Positions 57,859 through 64,000 of a stretch of DNA of 64,000 nucleotides are shown here, piece by piece; positions within the stretch are counted from its first letter, which is position 1; every line of letters begins with the position of its first letter. The translations under genes were made by a program, and so were the position numbers. Location: IMG/VR virus record IMGVR_UViG_3300028602_000005, positions 82,137 through 146,136 of that record; one strand, written 5' to 3'. Below the pieces are notes generated by a model. That model was not told the origin of the DNA. It saw nothing but the letters and a program-made list of their open reading frames with translations, and did no database searches. This DNA is from a virus (taxonomy: Duplodnaviria; Heunggongvirae; Uroviricota; Caudoviricetes).

Positions 57859-58884
57859 ATGAAAAATTTTTCACAAGATTGGAAGAAATATGTCAATTTT
57901 AAAGAAATTGCATATAACGATTTTGTGACAGATAAAATAAATATTTCTAAATGTTTCTTTATGGAAAAAATTGATGGAAATTTAGGATCATTGATTTATA
58001 AAAAAGGTCATGATCCTTTTTTTCAAACATCTACTGGAAATTTAATTACCAATTTACCAGTTTTAGAAGAATATAAAAAAATATTAGATTCTATAAAAGG
58101 AATTAATTCTATAATAATCGTAGGTGATTTAGTTGGAATGAAAAAAGGTATTATATTACCTTTTGAAGAAACTCAAAGTATTGTTCGAACTCCCAATAGA
58201 GAATCGAGTAAACCATACATTCATCATTATATTTACGATGTTCATAGATTTCAGGGAAATAGACCTGATTTTAAAACATCATTAGCTTTAATAAATAAAA
58301 TATTTAATAATAATAAATATATACATGTAGCTAAACATGTATATGGAGATATTGAAAAATTTAGAACATTATATAAAGAAGTAGTTAAAGAAAAAAAATC
58401 TGGCATTGATGGTGTTATTGTAAGAACATCTGAAAAAAATTATAAAGTTAAACCATTTCAATCATTTGATTTAGCAATAATAGGATTTGGCAAAGAGGGA
58501 ATGATCTCTTGGGAAAGAGAAGAGATTGGATATATTATTGCAGCATTTTTAGATAAAGATAATATATTCAGAACAACATCTAAAATAGGAACTGGATTTG
58601 ATCTATTATTGAGAAAAGAATTATTCAAATATGCAAATGAAAATAAATTATTTGAATTAAAGGGAGAGGTTTTTATAAAACCTGAAAAGATAATAGAAGT
58701 TAGATGTTTAAGATATAATTTTAAGAAAATGCCATCTTATAAAATAACAAAAAATAAAATAGAAGAAATAGGATTAAATGATTCAATTACTCTTATTAAT
58801 CCGAGACTTATAAGATTTAGAGATGATAAAAATATAAATAAATATGATTTAAGATTGGAGCAAATTCCAGACTTTAATTATTAA
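57859..58884 (+). CDS. ATP-dependent DNA ligase-like protein
   Basis: EKIDG (motif I), YDV, DGVIVR, and OB-fold KIGTGF and PRLIRFRDDK. Confidence 0.8.
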   Translation: MKNFSQDWKKYVNFKEIAYNDFVTDKINISKCFFMEKIDGNLGSLIYKKGHDPFFQTSTGNLITNLPVLEEYKKILDSIKGINSIIIVGDLVGMKKGIILPFEETQSIVRTPNRESSKPYIHHYIYDVHRFQGNRPDFKTSLALINKIFNNNKYIHVAKHVYGDIEKFRTLYKEVVKEKKSGIDGVIVRTSEKNYKVKPFQSFDLAIIGFGKEGMISWEREEIGYIIAAFLDKDNIFRTTSKIGTGFDLLLRKELFKYANENKLFELKGEVFIKPEKIIEVRCLRYNFKKMPSYKITKNKIEEIGLNDSITLINPRLIRFRDDKNINKYDLRLEQIPDFNY

Positions 58885-58894
58885 GGATTATTAA

Positions 58895-59545
58895 ATGAGT
58901 TTAACAAATAAAATAGGTAAAGTTGCTTTAGGTGCTGTGGATGATGTTTATTTAGCTATTGCAAGAAAAAAGGATGATTTATATATTAATAAAGTTTCTA
59001 AAATAAATATCAAAATAGATAAATTAAAAGAATTAAAAAAACATACAGATGTAACAAATATAAAAAAAATCGATGAAAAAATAGATAAATTAAAAAAAGA
59101 AAAACTGTTAATTAAAAAATTCCTTATGGAGATATATATGATAAAAAAAATAAATGAAAGTTTTAAAGAAGGATTAAAAGATTTTGGAAAAGGTTTAACT
59201 ATAAGAGATAGACAAGAATTGAATAATCATTTAATTATGATGATTAATAAAGATATTAAAAGGTGGGAAGAAAAAAAGAAAAATTCTAAAGATCCAAAAT
59301 TAATAAAAAAAATGAATATAAGAATTGAAAAAGCAAAAAATTATATTAAAAAACTTAAATTAGAAAATATAACTTTAAAAGAAAAAGCGAAAAATAAAAA
59401 TTTAAAAGAAAGTATTTTAAATAAACTTACAAATAAAATAATGTTAGTTGAAAGTATTTCAGACTTTGATAAATATACTAAAGCATTTATTAAAATTTCA
59501 AATATGAACGAAGAAGAAATACTTTCAAAATATGAGGTTAAATAA
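58895..59545 (+). CDS. Lys-rich hypothetical protein (may be two genes)
   Basis: Internal GGAGA and in-frame ATG at 59138. Confidence 0.5.
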   Translation: MSLTNKIGKVALGAVDDVYLAIARKKDDLYINKVSKINIKIDKLKELKKHTDVTNIKKIDEKIDKLKKEKLLIKKFLMEIYMIKKINESFKEGLKDFGKGLTIRDRQELNNHLIMMINKDIKRWEEKKKNSKDPKLIKKMNIRIEKAKNYIKKLKLENITLKEKAKNKNLKESILNKLTNKIMLVESISDFDKYTKAFIKISNMNEEEILSKYEVK

Positions 59546-60160
59546 TTGATTAATATAGAAGAAAATCCAGAATTAATTTCTATTCTTGAAAATTTTAGAA
59601 ATCAAAAAGCGGAATTAAAAGCATATCAAAATGAACTTAAAAATAAAATTAAAGAAATACAATATGCTATAGATGAAGCAAATGACGAAAAACAAATTGA
59701 AAAACTAAAGCAGATAAAAGATAGATATAGAATTTTATTTGCTGTAAAATCAGTAGAATTACTGGATTTAAGTAAAAAAGAAGCAAGAAAAATAGGGTTA
59801 AGCAAAAATTCAAAACTAGGAATAGGTCTAACAAGTGCTACTGCGATAATCGCTTTTTCCACAAAAGGATATGATATTTTTGAAAAAGAAATAGAAAATA
59901 GATGTTCGAGATTATCTGAAGAAAAAAGAAAAACTTGTATAATAAAATTAAAAGAAAAATATACCAAAGATAGAATAAGATTTTTAAAAAATTCTATTAC
60001 TAATTGTTATGGTGCTGATGATTATGTTAAATGTAAAAAAATGTTAAATAAGGAAATCGTTAGATTAGAATTTAGTTTATCAAATTTAACAAACAGATTA
60101 GTAAATGCATTTACTAGAAGATTGGAACCAAAAACTTATGACCTTAAAAGAAATAAATAA
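59546..60160 (+). CDS. Hypothetical helical protein
   Basis: TTG start, four Cys in the C-terminal half. Confidence 0.55.
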   Translation: MINIEENPELISILENFRNQKAELKAYQNELKNKIKEIQYAIDEANDEKQIEKLKQIKDRYRILFAVKSVELLDLSKKEARKIGLSKNSKLGIGLTSATAIIAFSTKGYDIFEKEIENRCSRLSEEKRKTCIIKLKEKYTKDRIRFLKNSITNCYGADDYVKCKKMLNKEIVRLEFSLSNLTNRLVNAFTRRLEPKTYDLKRNK

Positions 60161-60371
60161 AACAACTATTAAAGACTTAAATAATCAAGAGCTTCTAATG
60201 ATGCATTATAGATGTCACTTACTTTTTAAAAAAGCTGTAAAAAACAAAACAAACGAATTATTAAAGGTTGTAATTATGGCACATAATATAATTTCAAAAG
60301 AAATGACAGAAAGAAGTTTAAAACATAATACACCTTTGGTTGAATCATATATAGAAAAACTATTTTTTTAG
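60105..60371 (+). CDS. Hypothetical His-containing protein
   Basis: H..CH..H..H pattern. Likely start 60138. Confidence 0.5.
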   Translation: MHLLEDWNQKLMTLKEINKTTIKDLNNQELLMMHYRCHLLFKKAVKNKTNELLKVVIMAHNIISKEMTERSLKHNTPLVESYIEKLFF

Positions 60372-60385
60372 TAAAGGAGAAAAAT

Positions 60386-60964
60386 ATGGACAGTAAAGAT
60401 ATTTGGGGGAGTGTTAAATCTATTGTTTCAAAAACACTTCCTATTTTAGGAAACGCAATTGTCCCTGGAATTGGGGGTATTGCAGGATCTTTAATAGCAG
60501 AAGTTTTGGGTGTTGATCCTAATGATCCAAAACAAATTGAAACTGAATTAAAAAATGCAAATCCTGAAGTGTGGGCAAAATTAAAAGAATCAACAATGAA
60601 ACATGAAGAAAGACTTATTGAATTGGGAATGGAAAATGATAAAATGTATATTGCTGACGTTCAAAATGCAAGAAACAGAGAAGTTGAAATTACAAAGGCA
60701 ACTGGTAAATTCAATACTCCTTTATATATTCTGGCAGGATTGATTGTTTTTGGATTTTTTTCAACTCTTGGAATTACAATGTTTGTAGATTTGTCTGCAT
60801 CGAATTTACAAATTTCATCTCTTCTATTAGGAACTTTGGCAACATCTTTTGGAATGATAATACAATATTTTTATGGATCAAGTAAAGGAAGCACAGAGAA
60901 AAATGCTGTATTACAAAATTCAATACCTAAAGATTTTTTAGATAAATTTAATATACAAAAATAA
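60386..60964 (+). CDS. Holin-like protein (3TM/GTA-holin type)
   Basis: DVQNAR.RE, TM helices, QYFYGSS.GS..K. Confidence 0.65.
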   Translation: MDSKDIWGSVKSIVSKTLPILGNAIVPGIGGIAGSLIAEVLGVDPNDPKQIETELKNANPEVWAKLKESTMKHEERLIELGMENDKMYIADVQNARNREVEITKATGKFNTPLYILAGLIVFGFFSTLGITMFVDLSASNLQISSLLLGTLATSFGMIIQYFYGSSKGSTEKNAVLQNSIPKDFLDKFNIQK

Positions 60965-60988
60965 AAATATTTTTATTTTATTTTTTTT

Positions 60989-61016
60989 GTCCAATCAGAT
61001 ATATTTCTGGTTGGAC
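60989..61016 (+). terminator. Intrinsic terminator ending the structural operon
   Basis: GTCCAATCAGA..TCTGGTTGGAC followed by a T-run. Confidence 0.8.
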
Positions 61017-61058
61017 TTTTTTTTCGTAGATTTTAAAATAAATTATAAAACGAATCGT

Positions 61059-61069
61059 TATATATATTA
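61059..61069 (+). promoter_or_regulatory. TATATATATTA motif (+ strand)
   Basis: Upstream of 61118. Orientation follows the genes. Confidence 0.55.
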
Positions 61070-61117
61070 ATTTTTGAAATAAATTATTTTTTTAAAAAAA
61101 AATTTAAGGAGAGAATA

Positions 61118-61411
61118 ATGAGAAAATTATATAAAAAGATTGAAGATTATTTTCCATGTAAAATTTTTTATACAAGCAGTTTTAAATTTTTTCCATATGA
61201 TAAGCCTTTTATGGATGGAATTGAAGTTTCATGTGGGCGTTTTGAAGAAACAAGAATATATACAAATTTAGGTTTATGGTTTAGGAAAAAACCTCTTATA
61301 TTCGAAATTCTTAAACTTCCATATTATTTAATTACATTTCCTATTTATTATATAGTTTATGTACTTTTATTAATAATATATTTATTATTTTCATCAAGAG
61401 AGGATGATTAA
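61118..61411 (+). CDS. Hypothetical membrane protein
   Basis: C-terminal TM segment. Confidence 0.5.
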   Translation: MRKLYKKIEDYFPCKIFYTSSFKFFPYDKPFMDGIEVSCGRFEETRIYTNLGLWFRKKPLIFEILKLPYYLITFPIYYIVYVLLLIIYLLFSSREDD

Positions 61412-61666
61412 ATGGAAATTTATAAAGATGTTAATATGATAACAATACAAAAAATTGAACATTACAGAAAACGTGTGAGAAGAAAATTATTTAAAAAAAG
61501 TTTTTGTAAAGAATTTGGAGATATACCTGTTTTATATTTTAACGAAAAAACAAACAGTAATTCAGTAGTAGATAATAGAAGAGGATATGCTTACGCATTA
61601 AGAAATGCTTTGAGGTATAAAAAGGCTAAACAGATAAAAAGAAAATATAAATATATTAAAGATTAA
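61412..61666 (+). CDS. Basic hypothetical protein
   Basis: ORF track. Confidence 0.5.
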   Translation: MEIYKDVNMITIQKIEHYRKRVRRKLFKKSFCKEFGDIPVLYFNEKTNSNSVVDNRRGYAYALRNALRYKKAKQIKRKYKYIKD

Positions 61667-61719
61667 TTTATTAATCTATACGTGAGTGAATACTTTATTT
61701 ATGAAAGGGGAATTCTAAA

Positions 61720-62298
61720 ATGGATTTAGTTAAATCTATCAATAGTCTTAATTCTGAGATTAAAAGAATCAATGAAAATTTTATTAAAAATATTTTTCAG
61801 AATTATAATTTCATTGTAACAAATGAGAAAAAAGAAGATTTTAAATTAAAAACTTTTGTAATTTTCAAAAGAGTTATTTCAGAAAAATTTAAAGATGGGT
61901 TAGAAAATTTTATTTCAAAATTCGATTTAGATTTTTGTTCATTACATATTACAGAAGAAAATAAATCATTAAACATTATTTTAGAATTAAATAATAATAA
62001 CATTTACAAATTTATTGATTTTATTTTCTCAGAAGTAAAGTTAAGCTATGAAAAAGAAAATCAGATAAAAACAATGATTATTAATGAACATATTAAAAAT
62101 TTATCAGAAATTAAAAATATATCAGGAACAAGTATAGGTCAATGTAGAAGTGATCTTAAATCTATTAAAAAAGGAATTGATATAAATAAAGTAAAGAATG
62201 ATAAATTGCTTCATCAACATCTATTTAAATCTGCATTGACACAATTGAATAATATTCAAGATATTCTAGGAAAGAGAGGAATTTTAACTTTAATATGA
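61720..62298 (+). CDS. Hypothetical protein
   Basis: ORF track. Confidence 0.5.
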   Translation: MDLVKSINSLNSEIKRINENFIKNIFQNYNFIVTNEKKEDFKLKTFVIFKRVISEKFKDGLENFISKFDLDFCSLHITEENKSLNIILELNNNNIYKFIDFIFSEVKLSYEKENQIKTMIINEHIKNLSEIKNISGTSIGQCRSDLKSIKKGIDINKVKNDKLLHQHLFKSALTQLNNIQDILGKRGILTLI

Positions 62299-62756
62299 AA
62301 ATAACTCAATTTAGAAATGGATATCGCTTTTTAAGTAATTTTGAGATATGTAAGATTCATTTTCATGGTTATGATTTTTCATCATCGGAACAATTATATC
62401 AATTTTTTAAAACAAAAGATCGAGATGAAAAAGAAATATTTTCAAGGCTTTTAACACCAGCAGATGCAAAAAAATATGGTAACGATATAAAATTAAGAGA
62501 AGATTGGGAAAAAATAAAAGATAAAATAATGTTTTTTGTTTTGATTTTAAAGTTTACACAAAATCCTGATCTTCTATATAAGTTAGTTAATACTGGTGAT
62601 TGTGAATTAGTCGAAGGTAATTATTGGCATGATAATTATTGGGGTGATTGTGAATGTGATAAATGTAAGGATATTGAAGGTCAAAATAAATTGGGGAAAA
62701 TGTTAATGAGACTCAGAAAGAGTCTATCAACATTTAAAAACATAGAAAGGTTTTAA
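62295..62756 (+). CDS. NADAR (YbiA-like) family protein
   Basis: FLSNF, SSEQLYQ..K, REDW, KFTQN, LVEGN..D.YWG, G.N.LG..LM..R. Confidence 0.92.
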   Translation: MKITQFRNGYRFLSNFEICKIHFHGYDFSSSEQLYQFFKTKDRDEKEIFSRLLTPADAKKYGNDIKLREDWEKIKDKIMFFVLILKFTQNPDLLYKLVNTGDCELVEGNYWHDNYWGDCECDKCKDIEGQNKLGKMLMRLRKSLSTFKNIERF

Positions 62757-62757
62757 A

Positions 62758-62955
62758 ATGGATATAAATTATGGAGTTCTTATAACAGCTTCAATTATTC
62801 CCTTTATATTGAGTTTTATTTCTTATAAATTTTCAAAAGAAGAGAAAGAAAGCGATAATCTATTTATATCTATATCTGGTGCATTTTTTATAACGGGAAT
62901 TATATTTTCTGTTTTTTCTTTAACTATAATTTTAATAGTTTATTTTTCAAAGTAA
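62758..62955 (+). CDS. Small 2-TM protein
   Basis: Hydrophobic. Confidence 0.5.
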   Translation: MDINYGVLITASIIPFILSFISYKFSKEEKESDNLFISISGAFFITGIIFSVFSLTIILIVYFSK

Positions 62956-62970
62956 AAGGAGAATTTTAAT

Positions 62971-63159
62971 ATGGTATTTTTATTTTTAATATCTATTTCT
63001 TTAATAGTATTTAGTTTGGTACTTTATCATTTACGTATTACAAATGATTCTTTTAAAGATGTTTCAAAAGAAATATGTGAATTTGTATTATTATTTGGTA
63101 TTTTATCTATGCTTGCTTGTTCTGGGCTTTTTACATATTTAAGGTTTTTTAAAACATGA
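62971..63159 (+). CDS. Small 2-TM protein
   Basis: Hydrophobic. Confidence 0.5.
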   Translation: MVFLFLISISLIVFSLVLYHLRITNDSFKDVSKEICEFVLLFGILSMLACSGLFTYLRFFKT

Positions 63160-63509
63160 TCAAACAATTAATATTAAAAACATCACAATATAGATATGAT
63201 GGAGCAGATAGGTTTGACATTACAAGAAAAAATGGAAATTATAACTTTGCTCCATCATGGAATTTAATAATGGGATATAAATCAAAATTAATTGATGAAA
63301 AAAAATATCGCATTGAATACAAAAAACAAATGAGTCAATCATTCTTTAACAATAAGAGGGAATGGGAAGAATTATTAAATAAAGGTGAAGTAACATTAGT
63401 TTGCTTTTGTAAAAAAGGTGAATTCTGTCATAGATTAATTTTAGTTGAAATCCTACAAATGTTAGGAAAAAGATTTAATATAGAGGTAATATATAATGGT
63501 GAAATATAA
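63156..63509 (+). CDS. DUF488-like protein
   Basis: DITRK, FAPSW.L, Y..EY, TLVCFC....CHR..L. Confidence 0.7.
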   Translation: MIKQLILKTSQYRYDGADRFDITRKNGNYNFAPSWNLIMGYKSKLIDEKKYRIEYKKQMSQSFFNNKREWEELLNKGEVTLVCFCKKGEFCHRLILVEILQMLGKRFNIEVIYNGEI

Positions 63510-63918
63510 TTTTGAAATGATAGAAGGAAAAATGAAAAAAGTTTCAATACGATATAAAGTTTTATCATCTGATAGAAAAAGTTTATTATCTATATTCGAT
63601 GATATAATAATTAATATTTCATCATTATTTTTAATATATGAAAAAGATAAACTAATAAAGCCAATTCCTAATAGTTTTGGAATATTTGTTTTTGATACTT
63701 TTGAAAATGCAAAAAATTATACAACTCATTTTAAAAGTGATAATCTTATAATTTTAAAAGTGAAAGCTATAGGAAAACCAAGTTTTAGAAAATCTATATT
63801 GAATTTAGAGGGATTGGAAAGATTTGCAATTTTACATAAAATTAGAAATAATGATAAAATATGGTATTCTCCAAGAGGAACAGAAATATATAAGGAAGGA
63901 GTAATTCCTTTAGAATAA
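63496..63918 (+). CDS. Hypothetical protein
   Basis: ORF track. Confidence 0.5.
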   Translation: MVKYNFEMIEGKMKKVSIRYKVLSSDRKSLLSIFDDIIINISSLFLIYEKDKLIKPIPNSFGIFVFDTFENAKNYTTHFKSDNLIILKVKAIGKPSFRKSILNLEGLERFAILHKIRNNDKIWYSPRGTEIYKEGVIPLE

Positions 63919-64000
63919 TATGAAAGGAAAAAATTAAAATGTATACAATAACTTTTATTCTTATGATTTTTGGAATGTTATGTGTAGCAAATCAATTATA

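Noticed and set aside
24194-59967. Assorted short antisense ORFs overlapping real genes (for example 24194, 30642, 36393, 51082, 56516, 59626)
   Set aside because: Fully overlap better-supported genes on the other strand and have composition typical of AT-rich shadows.
1-64000. Stop-codon reassignment, as in some large phages
   Set aside because: Long genes are uninterrupted under code 11, and TAG and TGA end genes at sensible boundaries (for example 13843, 20782).
1-64000. tRNA genes, reverse transcriptase/DGR, introns or inteins
   Set aside because: No cloverleaf, RT motifs or intein signatures recognised by eye. GTTC-containing stretches at about 46585 and 52667 belong to a CDS and the IS end.

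Overview
Very AT-rich, gene-dense segment of what is most likely a large (jumbo-type) bacteriophage genome, standard genetic code, with no tRNA or CRISPR array visible. The + strand blocks (1-24.4, 28.5-29.1, 33.3-34.0, 41.4-45.7, 53.2-61.0 kb) mostly encode virion or tail-type proteins, usually behind a conserved CTTAGAACAAAA motif. Blocks of small accessory genes (mostly - strand, plus 61.1-64 kb) follow a TATATATATTA motif. The main discovery candidate is an operon at 13.9-24.4 kb. It has two large proteins ending in CxC/CxxC-xxxC-xxD repeats, three radical SAM/SPASM enzymes and two degenerate pantoate-beta-alanine-ligase (PanC)-like proteins. A third copy of the Cys repeat is inserted inside a tail-collar protein at 55.1 kb, which suggests a phage-encoded, RiPP-like system that modifies virion proteins. 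Also present: two proline-poor Gly-X-Ser collagen-like giant proteins, an IS200/IS605 tnpA-tnpB element, several paralog arrays, macro and NADAR domains, and RNA and DNA ligases. All family calls come from motif recognition by eye, not database searches.
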